Assembly: GCF_031769215.1 (NCBI RefSeq)
Contig: NW_026782290.1
Coordinates: 186,001-250,000 of the forward strand
Direction: 5' to 3'
Source of the DNA: Ylistrum balloti
Taxonomy: Eukaryota
Length of the DNA stretch: 64,000 nt
Shown: piece by piece, positions 1-14,284 of the stretch
Numbering within the stretch: the first letter of the stretch is position 1
How the letters are laid out: each line of letters opens with the position of its first letter
The notes under the pieces: generated by a model
Database searches by the model: none
What the model saw: only the letters and a program-made list of their open reading frames with translations
What the model was told of the DNA's origin: nothing
Program-made: the position numbers and the translations under genes

Positions 1-207
1 TAAATGAATTAATTAATTTTAATGAAACCTTTGTTTGTTAACTCACTGATATTCATTTTCTCAGGTTTTCTTGTTTAAATGTTTTTCCAAGTTTGAATTT
101 TAATGTAGAAATCTAATGATTAGATAGACACAGCACATCACAAGTCAACAACACAAATTGATAAATTGATTTCTCTTTAGCCAAATACTGTATCATTGAT
201 ATTGTAG

Positions 208-253
208 ACGGTCAATGGATCAAGGTCTCAACAAGATAACTACTACAGCAGTA
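208..253 (+). CDS. NEDD1: Probable upstream 46-nt NEDD1 exon (TVNGSRSQQDNYYSS)
   Basis: Acceptor attgtag| and donor a|gtaagt. It leaves a phase-1 end, which fits the phase-1 start of exon 561. No sequence-level homology check was possible. Confidence 0.45.
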
Positions 254-560
254 GTAAGTTTTCTTCGCCTCCTGGAATGGGTACTCCATCCAGTGCAAGC
301 CATGGTAATCAACGCAACATTCAAGGTAAATCAAAATGTCTGTGGGCAGGGTTTGATACAACCCTCATTTTCTAGCTTGAAACATCTCAGCAAAGACTAA
401 TCTAACTCCTCAAATGAAATGATGTTATGATAACAGTTTCATATGAACAACAAATTTCATTTTTTTTTATAGTTATGGCTCAAGTCATCTACATGTTCAT
501 TAATAAATGATATTGGTTTTAACTCCAAACTTCAAGCTTTCTATTTGATTTATCCTACAG

Positions 561-1542
561 ACAGTGTCATGTCAAATGGAGGAAGTCCATATTTGCAAAA
601 TGGTATATCAAGGTCAAAGAGCCAAGGTCAAGGTCAATCTCATGTGTACAGGTCTAGTACTAGTCCTAGTCGCTCCACCCCTTCACATGTTGGAGCAGAG
701 GTTGCCCCAAGGGTCAGTCCATCTCGTCCAACTGGTATCAGTGCATCACCAAGCATTCCTGTGTTAAATCTGGATGATTCACCAGGAAGTTGTGCAGGGG
801 CAGATAACTCTGGAGTGAAACAGTTCCCTTCCCCAGAGGGTGTGAATGCTGTGACCAGTGTGTATTCTGCATCAGTAGATGCAACTTCACAGCATCTGAC
901 ACATAGGGGTAAGGATTCATATAACCTATCACACAGGAGTCAAATTTCACAGGACACATTTAATGGGGGCCAAAGTTCAGAAAATGTCTTGCAGGGAAGT
1001 TATGGTTCACAAAATCAGGCATATGGAAGCAAGAGTTTAGAAGAAGGTCAAAAGTTGGAGGTAGGACCACAAGCTTTACCAGCAGGGAACTTCCAGACAC
1101 AGGTGTTAAGGAATTTAATACGTGATGAGCTAGAGGACTTTTACGACCAGATGCATCGTGAAATGCAGAATCTACAGGTGGAGATGATCCGCCAATTCCA
1201 AATTCAACAGGTAAATCAGAAATGCATATTTTCCATCTTTTATCATCTTCATGTTTTGAAATACCTAACAACTGATTCTATATGAGGACATTGAATTGAA
1301 ATTGTCCCTATTTATGATACCTATTAATTTCTTTTGTTTGACTGTATTCCTAAACCATTCAATTACAACAGTATTGTCAAGGTTTTCTACACATTGTGTC
1401 CCCTTTATAGACTAATTCTCGAATGTTATAATTACAGAACGAGGTAAACAGCTTGTTGCAGCATTACTCTGTAAATCAGGATCTGGTGGCTGAGGTAGAG
1501 AAACTACGCGAAGAAAACAAACGACTGAAAAAACATTTCTGA
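561..1542 (+). CDS. NEDD1: NEDD1 (gamma-tubulin ring complex targeting protein), last two coding exons 561-1210 and 1438-1542; the 5' part lies outside the window
   Basis: Spliced translation ends ...FQTQVLRNLIRDELEDFYDQMHREMQNLQVEMIRQFQIQQ|NEVNSLLQHYSVNQDLVAEVEKLREENKRLKKHF*. This matches the recalled NEDD1 C-terminal helix (..HRDIVNLQVEMIKQF..NE..LL..YSVN..LVAEIE.LREENKRL..HF). Splice sites are canonical (cctacag|, cag|gtaaat, attacag|) and the phases are consistent. Confidence 0.92.
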
Positions 1543-4500
1543 TGTTTCTAGAGTTAAAACAAAGGACTCCCCAACAAATTTAGGAGAGAATTTATTCCAG
1601 AAACATCTGTGATGTATAGAGATGTGCCTTGAATTATAAAGAATATTTCTTCTTTCTTTCAGTACAGCATTCAATGAATCAACAGAGCTCATTAAATCTT
1701 TAAATGTATGATTTCTTATTTGATACAATAACATAGAAGTGAAATGTTAGTTATGATGGTACTTTTTATACTTCTGAATGTAACAACCCACTAGCAACAT
1801 AAATACATAAAAATGGAAGCCTATTAACATCAATCTGTCTTAAGTGAAATTAGGTATACAAAGTTTTGTTTAGTTTCACCACCAGTCACTACACTGCTGT
1901 TATCAAGTCAACATTTGATCAGTTACCAAATGGTAGATCAATATTTTGGAGTACATCTATCCTTTCTATGTCTTTTGTAGTAATCGTTTTGATCCACATA
2001 ACAAGCTGCTTTATCCTTGCCTTTAGATATAGAATGATGGCTGTGTATTTTGGCCGCTACCACCTATAGAAAAAGAAACTCAGTTTTCATTATGTCTCTT
2101 GTAACATTTAAAGAAATGCCTCTTTGATTAACTGTTCCCATATTCTTAATTTGAACTCTTAGTGTTATTTAACAAATTCACAATCCAACATAGACAAAGC
2201 CTTTTCAATGGTGAAAGTAAACATTAAATTCCTTTATGCTGTAATGATTTGTCAAAATTGTTTTGATTAAGTTATTCTGGTTTTGTGTTTAAAACTGGTG
2301 TTGACTGTGTAATGTTCTTACGTTTCCATGGTCGATAACCACTTTGTCTCAAAGGCCTGTCCAAGACATATTGTATTAAAATGTGTATTGCTCTGAAATT
2401 TTTCACTTTAAAATTTGTAACATTTCTAAATTTTCAAACAGCACTACTGGGACAAATTAAGATATTGATGCAGAAATGTATATATTTTTACATAAATGTA
2501 CAGAAATATTTTATGACTTTCATTTGTTAGGGTCAGATGTTAAAATCAGCATTACAATTAAGCCAAGTCTACCAAAGTGTCAAATCATCTTGAGGTAGAT
2601 GGATCTGTAGATTATCCGCCTTAATGCAAAAGTTGTCATTATCTATTTGAATGATTATTGTGATCAGTTTACTCATCACAATCCTGGGTATACTGTTGGA
2701 AATGGAAACAGACATGTCCTGAGATGGACATGTCTTTGGGCAAATACTTTGCCCCCATTGCAGTGGATTGTATGTAACTGGACTTCTGTATGTTGTTCAG
2801 TGAAGTAACCACCAGTTACTTCAAGGAGACTCTGCCTCAAGTGACCATGTCTAATGGTAGGTCAATAAACACAGTCAATAAACCCAGCCAATAAACACTG
2901 TAAGGGACACAAGTCTCCTTGTTGTAGCTCTTAGAGAATGTTATAAGTTTTGCCAGTGTTGTTGATTACTTCAAATATTAACAAAGAAAATAGATGGACC
3001 TTTTTTATTTCAAATTTACTTTTAGGAAGTGAAAGAACCTGAAATGTTAACAATGCAAACTACAATTGGAAAATCAAAATCAAACTTGTCTTCCATATTT
3101 CCTGTATTGGACTAATCCTGTACAAGCATTGTATGTGACTTGAGTCTTGCCTGTGCTGTTGTGAGAAATTTTTGTTGACAGGGTTAGTTCGTAATTAAAT
3201 GCTGTGTATCAATATTTCTGTTTTTAAAACTATCTGAAATTTGTTGTGTTGTGGGACACATTTTCTTTCCCCCAATGTTTTTGTCTGCTGTGGAGTTATG
3301 GTCTGGTCTGGAAATGTTTGTGTTAATATTCCTCTGCAGTGCAATAAATAATTACTGAAGAATTTCTAGATAGTCTGTCGAAGGATTTCATATAGTTCAT
3401 GGAAGATGAGCAGAAAGATCCACGTTACTTTATTCTGAAGTATGCTATCCTAATCAGATAGATATTAATACTTCTAGAGTGAAAGATGGAAGAAAACATC
3501 TGCTTTAGGTTCTCATAAATACAGACAGATTATGTATAATATCAGTATCAGGTATTCATCATTTTCTCACCTTCATGTTGACACGAAAATCTTCCATTTT
3601 GTTATGTTGCATGAAGGTTTACAAAACCTAAATATTACATAAAAGTTGTTTCAAGTTGATATTATTTACAGTTTCATGTGAAATACAATTTAATCTCTAT
3701 TCCCTTCCCCAGTTAGCATTTTGTTGACTTCTGTTATTTACAATATAGCAGCACAGAAATGTTATATTGTTATTTTGATTACCAGTTGGTGCTTTACTTT
3801 TCTGTCATCTATCATACATGTGTTCATAATCTTTATTTTTTTTTTCTGTTTTTGTGGAGTGCCATACGAGATCTCATCACATGACTGACACTTGGCTCTT
3901 CTACAGATCTAGGTTTTACAGTTTGCTCATAATATAAAAACATGTCAGATGAACAGTATTTCTTCCTTGATAGTTAGGATACTAGTAATGTCATGTTTAT
4001 TTCATTGATGATCTGGCAATCCAATTTTTTAAAATGAATGAAGTAAAGTTATTATTATCTTTAATCAAACTTGTGTGTGTAAGATCTTTAGCTTGAAAAT
4101 GAAACTGAATATTACATGTATATTTAAATTGAAATGTTAAACTGTTTAACAACAATGAAAGTAATTTATAAAAACGTCATTTATTAAAGAACGCATTTTT
4201 CTGCTTTATTTTCTGATAAGTCGTTCCGAATTTGTATCTGTCTCTTTAAGCATATTAGACTTTTAGTAGAACACACTTCTGATCCTTGTATTATTTGATT
4301 CTAGATTTTCAAAAATATTTATTTTTATTATTTGGTACTAAAAAGATATTGCATAGGAATAGACTTTAACAAAAAGATATATATATATTTACCAGATAGT
4401 AATAGATACTTGCTTTAAAGCAGTCATATTTAATATTTTTGTACTAATTAAGTGACATTTTCATCAATAAGATACAACAGAATTACAAACAGAAAGAGTT

Positions 4501-5142
4501 TACAGTCTTAGATACAGAGAAACTTGATGCATATTTCCAGCAGATATATGTGTTTCCATATTGTTATGACTTTAAAAATGTCCATCAGAAAAGTCGAGCA
4601 ACCATCACTGGTTATGTAACTTCAAGATGAAAATGTCCAGGTCATATCGTACATATGTTTTTAAAGATTCATTGATAACTTCTGTATATTGGCATTGCTA
4701 TGTTATATCAACATATACGCATTTTCTACAACTGTTTCTGTTTCAATATTTTTTTTTTTTACTTATTTTGCTTCAGTGATGAGATTCTGTATCTCTCAAT
4801 ATGAAGATTAAAAATATTTAAACATATTTTTTGTATTTCTTATTTTTAATCCACTGTCACAAAAAATGATTGATTGTAAACACTATATTCATATTATAGG
4901 TAGTTGACGCATTCGTCTGTTTAAATGATCTTATCCAACCAGATGGCTTATGGAAATACAAAATATATGATGCTTATTTTCAATATTGTTACATATAACT
5001 ACAATGAGATATTCATTTAAATAAAACTTCCTTCTGTGAAATGATAATCAACACATTGATAGAAGGAAGAAAACACCTGGCAATTCTGTCATACAATTGA
5101 TAAAATCTTCTTTAGCAATTACCTGTACATAGCGACCACTGA

Positions 5143-5145
<3 letters not shown>

Positions 5146-5188
<43 letters not shown>
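5146..5188. repeat. 43-nt poly-C (poly-G on minus) homopolymer
   Basis: Uninterrupted C run, counted directly. Confidence 0.95.
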
Positions 5189-5939
5189 AGCTAAATTTGA
5201 TGTCACTTCAGCTGAAAAGAGATGTCACATATATCTATTTGTTTAGATTTTAATTTAATTTATATACCTACAATGCAAAATTGTGTCCAATTTTTTAAAA
5301 TCCTTTTGAAGAACTACCTGCCCCTGGATGATATATGTCATATTTCGTACAGTTGTAACAGTCCTGTGTAGCCTGTACCAGCAGAAATCTGTTTCAGCAA
5401 TGTGTTGTAGCTCATAAACAATCTAGCACGACATCTGGAAAGGTTTCCGTTGTTTGAAGACAATTCCATTATCTTGACAACATCTTGAGACACCCGAAGA
5501 TCTGAAGCGTTTTGATGTCCTCTTCCTTTCACCATTTAATTCTTGTCTGGTTCGCATTGTGCTCTTAATAAAAACGGATAGTAGATGTATATACTTGATT
5601 TCCTTAACACACCTTAGTTATTAACTTACCTTTTGACAGGGTTGTATACATGAAGACTGAACACACGCTGTAAGAAGGTTTCCATACATTAGCCTAAATA
5701 GATTGAAAGGAACAGATATCTTTACTGGCATTCAAATTTCTTTTTGAAAACATTGATGATCATTAGCGAAATGTGAGAAGTAGAAGTACATGAATCTTTA
5801 TACCATGACAATAGTTCATGTTTAGATAATTTGAGACCTTTGTCCATATTTTATTTTAAAATGTCCAGTATTCCGTTAGCTCCTTCCTTTATGAAAAATA
5901 TCCATGGCAGATGTATTGCTACTTATTACTATAGTCCAT

Positions 5940-6910
5940 CTTAGTTTTTCATGAAGGGTAAAAAATATCGTGAAAACCCTTACATTAATTGGAATGTGAA
6001 TTTCAAAATTTTCATGGATTCCTTAGAAAACTATGTCAGAGAGTGAGTGAAAAGAAAACATGCCGGATTGGAATCACTTTCAGAGTGGATTAAATCCAGT
6101 CGGTCTATCATTTTCAGAGAATATTAGCTTAAAATATAAATTGAAAACACAAGTCATGTATCCCTTTAACCTCAACTCTTCAATATGTACATGATGGGTA
6201 TGAACATGTAATTGTGCCTGCAGACAAGGCGTATATTAACTTTATCCTTTTTATAGACGAAAATACGTTTTCTGCATACAGAAAAGAACCAGGCTTGCTC
6301 GGTGACGGAGGAGACACTATCTATACATCATCCGTTGTTTCCCAGAAAGAAATACTAGCTAATCATGTGTCAGTATTACAACCATGCAGATAAGGATATG
6401 GAACTTACTTATTTCATTGGATTCCTAAACTTGAGAGCATCCATAGCAGTGTTTTATTTCTGGCTCCTCAGTTGCTCAACTGAACCAAAACATCTGTCTA
6501 CCATTCTTTGTACTATCAAATCTTGGATACAGTCTTATAGTTATAATGTTTCTTCAAGAAGAGGAATTAGTGGTATGTGGGTTTTAAAGAACTGCGTAGA
6601 GCCTTTGACTAAACTTGAACACCCTCTTCTGAAATTTAGGACTTTGTTCACCACTTTACCCAATCCTAAACTGATAGGACGCATGTGTTCTCTTGTTATG
6701 GGAGCTTTTCAATGAAAGGTGTATCATGATGCAGTAACATGATTGTGGACAACATTGAAGCGTACGGTGGTACGATCTTCTAACAGACTATTGGCATACC
6801 TATAGGAACTAACTGTGTCCCTTTATTGGCTGACGTTTTGTTTTCATACTGAGCTGAGTATATTGAAGAGCTTATCAACTGATAGACAAACTCACAACAC
6901 AAGAGTTTCG
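5940..6910 (+). mobile_element. Degenerate Penelope-like retroelement, N-terminal half of the RT region
   Basis: Frameshifted, stop-riddled motifs in the expected order: KGKKYRENPYINWNVNFKIFMDSLENY, SEWIKS, VIVPADKA, WIPKL, KNCVEPL..FRTLFTTLPNPKL, QTIGIPIGTNCVPLLADVLFSY*AEYIEEL (recalled PLE consensus GIPMGTNCAPLLADLFLYSYEAEF). Confidence 0.8.
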
Positions 6911-7618
6911 AGAGGTGCAGTTTTACAGTCGTCATAATCATATCATGTGAAATGAAGTTAGGTGTGCTTGATGCTCGTTAATAGACCTGTTTGATGCTCG
7001 TTAGTATTCGTTTTTGTGCCGGGTTGTTTCAAAGTTTAGGTTGTTAAGACATATAAAACCAACGTACACAGTCCAGTGAACAATTGAAGTGAATACGGCT
7101 GCCTGAATGTTTTAGCCCATACCTCTCCTTACCTCACGCACAAACATATTTGATACATGTCGAATGTCTCGGAACGTTAAGCTAATGCTGATTGGTTTTA
7201 TCTTTCGCCATGATTACCGGCAATCGAATGCCGTTTTAAATCAACACAATGTTTATATCTATTTAATCATGGGCCTGACGTTTGATAACAGATATAATTG
7301 ATAACACATGCAAACAAACGACAGGTACACGTTGAATTATTAAATATCGGCTAAAAAAATCCTGACGAACAAAAATGTATGTCGTAACATTAAGAAAGTA
7401 ATTTGTATAATATTTATCATTTAAATTTCACGTGAACCAAGTTACATTTACATAAGATTAAGAGAAATTTCGATTAGATATATGACACAAGTTTAAGTGT
7501 CGTTATCATAGTCACTAAATCTGGACCTGTGCAATACGATAAACTCACAGGTGTGAGATGTAGACAACTTTAGACGAATTTGAATCTAAAATCCAACGTT
7601 AGTTAGCTCTGTCAGCAC

Positions 7619-7657
7619 ATGGATAAACAGTTTACGGAAGAATCGTCGATTGTACTG
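7619..7657 (+). CDS. Candidate first coding exon of MCT-like paralog A (MDKQFTEESSIVL)
   Basis: ATG followed by a phase-0 donor ctg|gtaggc, analogous to the short phase-0 first exon of paralog B. There is no sequence similarity to confirm it. Confidence 0.3.
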
Positions 7658-9031
7658 GTAGGCATAGACTATAATTTTGTGTGGTATTTATCGTGAAGTT
7701 CCCTAAGAACTGTCGTCTTGTTTCTATTGGGCGTGGGCCCTTCTGACTCATAAACGCATGAAGGAGATTACGCAAAGAACTCACCATAGACGAAGCCTCT
7801 CTACATCCAATTACTCCGATGACCTGATAATGATTAAGGTACCAGCGTCTTGTATTGGGTTCTCCATCTATTTATAGTCTAGTCAAATGCATTAACGTTC
7901 TGCACTGATACCATTGCTTGTACAAACTCTTTGATTTCAGTTTCCTTAAAGTGAACTTTTCCATTTCTGAATAGTAACGTTTAACCTATTTAATTTTGTT
8001 ATTGATTTACGTGACTGCTATTCAATATCATTATTTTCGCGATGAATGCTTACAGCTGACAGAAAAGTTTGCAGTTATTGAGACGTTTAATGACCGTTGT
8101 AATGCTGTTTTTGGGAAACACTGAGTGTTACATCATTCCTGGTGCCTAATTTCAATATAACATACATGAACTTGTCGTCGATAAACCAGAAGACAGTTGC
8201 ATTTCAGGAACACTAATATTACTCCCTTTGTTCGTATTGTCTTATATCGATAAAGACCTTTCCATGTTCATATTTTTTTTTTACATTTTTTTTTCAGTCA
8301 ATTTTACTCGACAGAAAAGCTTCGGCTATAAAAACCACTATTGCCGTTTGTCTGGATGTGAGTCTACTAAGAGAACAGACACGCATGCTTTCAGTGCAGT
8401 AAGATAGACTGTGATGTTATGCTATCTTGTTAAGTTTTATAATATTTTAAATGTGTTGATGATTTGAAACGCCCTTAAGTGACCATATCATCGTCTTTAT
8501 ATGAACATGCAATCTCCTAGTGATGTAGGGACCAGACGGATCGATTGACCGAATAAAACTCACAAAGAAGCGTTTAAGCTTCACCAGAATCTCAATGGCA
8601 ATAAAGATGTATATCTACTATTGATGATAAACCTTGTAGCCAACTAGGTTCAAATCAGAAAAGGACCTAACGTACATACAATGGCGGTCATACTTAAATG
8701 ACCGTAGCTGTTGATAAAACGTTAAATAATATAAATTCAAACATATATTTCGAAACCTGTCGATACATATGTCGATTGCAACATTTGGGATCTTGTTCTT
8801 TTACATTCTTCCATCTCTTTCATCACTGACAAGTCATATAACGAAGATCGAGTGGATGGCGTATAGTTAAATTAATTTGGTATTTACTGTATCTTAGCAA
8901 TTGGTATTTTTTTGTAAAATATTTAAACCGTTACATTATCGCAGCTCACAACTACCTGGTCGCATAAGACCGTCTGTAGGTACATTTTTCATTACCAATC
9001 TGACCTGAATCTTTCTATTTATGAAAAACAG

Positions 9032-12000
9032 CAACAAGATGAAAGTACCGAGGAAGATGAGTCCGGAAGCGGAAGCACATCGTATTGTTGTTCACACAGA
9101 GCCATCGTGACGGTCCTATTATGTACAGTAATAAACAGTAGCTTCTCCCTGGTCAACCATTGGGTCACAGCGGACGATGAAGCTTTCGGATACACAAGTG
9201 GTTGGGGCGAGACTGGTGACCGCGAGGTTCGACGGGTGTATAGCGGGGTCAGCTCTCTCACAAGTAATTAGTTTTTTTGTACAAACGATAATATACCAGA
9301 CAAGATATTACTTTGTTGCATGATACTGTTGTCTTGCGATTCTGAATGTTCTCGTAGGGTGTCATTCAACCAAGCGATTCGTCATTGTTGAAAGGTCTAA
9401 AGACAAGCACTTTTGATGTAACAATTTATATATTGACCAAAATTTGAAACTATCATGTGCTGCTTATAAGCACCATGTGTGGATCAAAAGAAGTTGCAAT
9501 CTTCGACATATTTGAAACTCTGCTAAAACAAATAGCTCACAATTAGTGAGGTAGTTCAGCGTGTAACATATACATCTTTCATTTCTTGATTTCTAGTAAC
9601 ATCTTTACTAACTACATCTTAATGTGATTGATTATTTGTATTGAAAAGCTCTTTATATATGCTGGAAATGTTAACTGAACTTTTGAATTCTCGTTCAAGC
9701 TCGACCGCGAAAATCGCGAAAATGACATTCCTACGAAAACAAGCAGATATACATTATTTAGAAGGAAAAGTTAAACATTGAAGTACATAAGATATTTAAT
9801 GATGCATGGCTTCATTAAATGCAATACCTCTTTACCGCTTCCAACTGTTTTTACTTCGGTAAACTGCATCAGGTGTGACTCTTTATCAACATATTACTGA
9901 TAGCTTGGGAAAGAATACTGACTCAACATACACAACATATACTCTCCATTGCATAAGTTATGTCGAAATCAGTACTTATATAATTAATGATAAAATGCAA
10001 ACATGTAAAAAGGATCATATTTGAATTTACCTCAAACTTTATAATGTTACAGCAATGTATGTATGTCTAGTCCTGCTATAATGAACGTTAATCACTCGCG
10101 TATAGTTACGTCAATATGACCCTACTGTTATGAAAACATGCAATGTTCCAGCAATATTTGCGGCCCTGGTCTCGCTGAAGGTTGGCTACCGGGTGGTGGC
10201 GGTTAGTGGATGCCTAATGATGATGTCAGGTCTGCTGGTGGCATCCTGGTTAGACAAAGCCACTATAGGCCTGATTGGAGTTCTCGTCGGTGGCATCGCA
10301 GGTTTGTGCTTCAGGTTGGAATACCTCCATTTGTTTCCTAAATGTACGCCTCGTTTGCTTGATTCACGACACCCGTTACACAATTATCGGTCAATTCCCT
10401 TTTACAAAATAAACATCAATGTATTCCAGTATAGTAGATTTTTGTGTCATCGCCTGATCAATCTTTCTCAAGGATCAACTTTAATTTCAGGAGTTGGTGC
10501 TTCTTGCGTGAAACTAGCAGCGGTAGTTCCAGTTCTGGAGAACATACAAAACTGCCGCTTTATTGCTATTGCCTTTGTTAACATTGGTGGAGCGTGTGCG
10601 TCTGTTCTTCACTATGGAATACTTGCAACCAGTTGGGCAACAGATGACATTGATTTAAACTGGAGAAGACTTTATCGATGGCAACTATTGGTCATGGCAT
10701 TCGCTTTGCTTGCTTCTACCAAATTACAACCTTCAAATGAAAAATGGATCAAAAAATACTTTTCTCCGTTTGATTGGAGTGTATTTCGCCAAAAGCCCTT
10801 GTATATAATGATGGCCATTCTACTATGTGACCGGTTTGGTAATTAATCTTTTGTAATGTAATATGACAGCTACCAAATGTCACCTCTACTTTTGCCGTAA
10901 TTTCGAATAGTGGCACGGTTCATAATTTACACATGTACTTGACGTTATTCAGAAATTGCCAGATATATAAAAAGTACGATATTTCTTGAAGTATGGCCTT
11001 GTGCACTTGCCCCTCCTGATTTCGTCACTTCTTTCGATCACTTTTGAGTTTCCTTACTCGTCTTCTAGGTTTCAACATTTAAGCTCATTGATATCTCTGA
11101 CAAGTCCTAGAAAGACCAAAATCATCCGTGTTATGCTGTTTAATTAATTTTTTAGTTCCCTTGTATCTAATTTGAAATTTGTATTAAAATGTGCTCTTCT
11201 TTGTGTATCTTTTTTTTAAATTTTCGATTGGTCACTTTTTACTCTTTCCATTGATAAATTTGATGTCTTCTTACCTGAACCTGAATAGCTACATCGTCTT
11301 ATTTGCACATATAATTACGTATTTTCTTGTCTTTTTCCAGGTCAGTTCATTTTATCAAAAGAGATCTTTACTTTTTTCGATACGAGCGACAGCTCGGCAG
11401 CTCCCTACCTGGGTGGCTTTTTCTACTATGGAGGTCAGATCTTCGGGCCAATGTTTATGTTTTGTTGTATAAAGAAACAGATCTTGCCAACCTTGCGTTT
11501 CATGGGACCAATTGACTTTATCGCTGGTGTCTGGACAATTGCTGCAACCTGGTCGACGAATCTATTCCATATCTCAATGTATGCTGGCACTCTGGGTATC
11601 TCAAAAGGTAAGTTTGTTTGACAATAGCCTTGTCTTCAATTAGTAGAACTTTTACATGAAAATTCTACTTCAAGATGCAGATCAAACGCAATAATCATTG
11701 CTTACTTCGATTTTGGTTCTTTGTTTTTTTTCTCTAATTACCATGACGCAAAAAATACACTGTAAAATAATTTCATTTCGAGATTATGAAAAAAAAACAA
11801 AAACAAAAAAAAAAAAAAAAAACAAAAAAAAACAAATAAAAGCATGCAGTGTCAACAGAACCTTTATTCAAGCTCAAATATGATGAAGCTAGGACAAAAT
11901 AATAAACAAAAGAAATAAGACCAGATGTTCCGGAAAGTTATACGTCATTTGTTTATCGACGACTCCTGTCATAGAAATCTTGGTCAATTCAACTATGTAA

Positions 12001-13256
12001 TGTCACGCTCCCAAATGAGAAGATAAGAATCAGGTTAAGCATGGAATCATCAAGCATCCTAAAAAGCATTAAAAACGCCAAAATTATCATCATGTAAACA
12101 AATATAAATAGATCGTTATTAGACAATAAAACTTCCCCATAATTTTCATCAAACTTCATTTCAAAAACCATGTATCGTGTGTTCATTCGTCAACTGTCGA
12201 CGCCTTGCACAAAAATGATGATATTGTGAACAATCTCATGAATATCGAATCAACTGCGGCATAAAAAATTCCAAAGGTTGGGAAATCAGGTTGTTGCTAT
12301 CTAGAAAAGGCAAATTCAGAATAGAGCAGTCGATATATCACGGTTATCACAAAGCTTTGCTGGAGAGCTATCGTTGTTAGCTTCATTGCTAGTAAGATCT
12401 GGTTAAGTGACTGATGTAGAAGAGACCCGTCTTGATTTCCAGTTATATTAGATACATTTATATACATGATTAATATATAAATTTTGTTAATGTTAATCTT
12501 CAGACATGACATCATAAACATATGTACAATGGGAACTGGGAGAGGGAAGGACTTAGCAAGGTCTATGTGACATGTATTAAAAAGCTCTTCGACGAATGTA
12601 GCCTCGTGTGAAAGCTAGTAATGAACTAAACTGTTTCATACAGCATTTTTCTCCTGTGACTAGCCCTTTATAATATATTTTAAAGGCAGATTTTCTTTAT
12701 TCACTACCTTGTCGTTATTTCAGAATTGTTGCGTTAGAATTATAAACTTTTTTTTTTTCGTCTTTTAAGCGGCGTTCACTACACTTCTTCAAAACATCAT
12801 TCCGTCCGTTTTCGGGAAGAAGAATGTTCGAATTGTTGAAGGACTTCTAGACTTTGGAGCTGGCGTTGGTATTCTGTTGTCTTCTCCATGTCAGTGTACG
12901 TATCAATTCTGTATAGGAATTAGGACACTCTAAACACTAATGCAGATGCAATTGTGGCGATTGCGACGAATTGCAGAATAATCATTACTTTTTCAGGATC
13001 GAACATTTATTGAGGATACCTTGATTTCTTAAGTATCATGGTTCCACTGAGATAGAAATAAGCGTTTACATACTACTAATTTTCAGTTGGCTCTATTGTA
13101 GATGCGGTGGAAGCGAGTTACCATGAAACTGACCAGTATAAACCAGCGTTTTACTTAGCCGGAAGTTCTCTAGTTTTAACTTCCGGTCTTGTGTTTGTGT
13201 GTCTTCGTCTGGTCAAGGCTTTTGATCGCCACATCACTGAAACAGAAGAAATGTAA
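9032..13256 (+). CDS. SLC16/monocarboxylate-transporter-like MFS protein, paralog A; exons 9032-9263, 10152-10301, 10491-10838, 11341-11607, 12770-12895, 13087-13256
   Basis: All exons have GT-AG boundaries and consistent phases (0,1,1,1,1,1). The translation has many hydrophobic TM segments with MCT-like features (AALVSLKVGYRVVAVSGCLMMMSGLLVASW; GVGASCVKLAAVVPV; NWRRLYRW; PFDWSVFRQK; VFGKKNVRIVEG; YKPAFYLAGSSLVLTSG). Exon-for-exon correspondence with paralog B supports the boundaries. Confidence 0.88.
11830..12630 (-). mobile_element. Degenerate Penelope-like retroelement, C-terminal half of the RT region plus terminal non-coding segment, inside an intron of MCT paralog A
   Basis: Minus-strand motifs HEATFVEELF..DLAKSF, YVYDVMS (cf YIDDVLS), LEIK, KLCDNRD (cf KLYDKRDD), NLPFLDSN, QLIRYS*DCSQYHHF..RQLTN..GF. 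Confidence 0.7.
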
Positions 13257-14284
13257 TTGCTTAAGAAATAAATGTTAAACAAATATTGAACATACTTCTT
13301 AGTACATCGTTAGTGTTAAAACACAAAATAACATCTCCCGTTAACTTGTATGAATCGCATTAAAATAGCTATTTTGGTGAAATTCCTAGAGAAAAAATTT
13401 AATAAACTAAAGGCAAGTAACTGACATCACACGTAACTACCTGTATCAACTCTGTATGTACCTTCCTCAAGATCTGTTTTTAAATGTGAATAAAATTTCA
13501 ACAGTGCTTACGCTAGTTTTAACACCTTTCTTGTGTTGACAGTTAATGTAGCGGGTTTGCGTGTTTGACTGATCGTGATGATAAATTACTTATTTAAGAA
13601 TGGTCTCCATTTTTCGACCTTCATGAAGGCATTGTGTTTCTGGGCGTATTGTGATCAAATCTGTACAGGAATTTCTGCCACCCATCTATGACATAAGGTC
13701 AAAACAGCATTTAAGATTTAAGGTATAAGTTTCATTGATCGCATGAGCGATTTTACAGAATATTCTTTACTTGTACTATTTTTTAAAATTTCTATTTTGT
13801 CAAGATTATCTTGTCATAAAATGAAACTCTGTAAAAATGATATTGGGTGACGTCGAAATATCCACATGAGCTTGCCCCTTCATCAATATAATCAATGTTC
13901 CTGTCAGATGACTATTACAAGGACACGAGATCAAGAAAACACATACAAACGTAGTTGTCTGTCTTCCTGTAAATTTTATATTAATTAATACACTAAGAAT
14001 TGTGTATAATTCGCGTCTCGGAAGATATGACGACCAAACACGAACGGGATAAAAAAGTTCAATACAATTAACCACGCTTGTAAATATTCTTAAGACAGCG
14101 AACATTCAGACACTGTGTGGTAACATTTAAGTGCTAAATATACAAACTTCAGTTTATCATCTGACACAAACTATGGGTATCGTTACAGCCCTGACAATGC
14201 TGATGTCGCCGTTCATACAACTGGTGCGTATTTTGATCACATGCTGAAAAAGCGACACCGGACGTCATTTCAGGCTGTGATAGT

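Noticed and set aside
5338-5535. 65-aa minus ORF as a tyrosine-recombinase fragment (GYTG motif)
   Set aside because: The HSFRxG catalytic motif is absent and the similarity is limited to a few residues.
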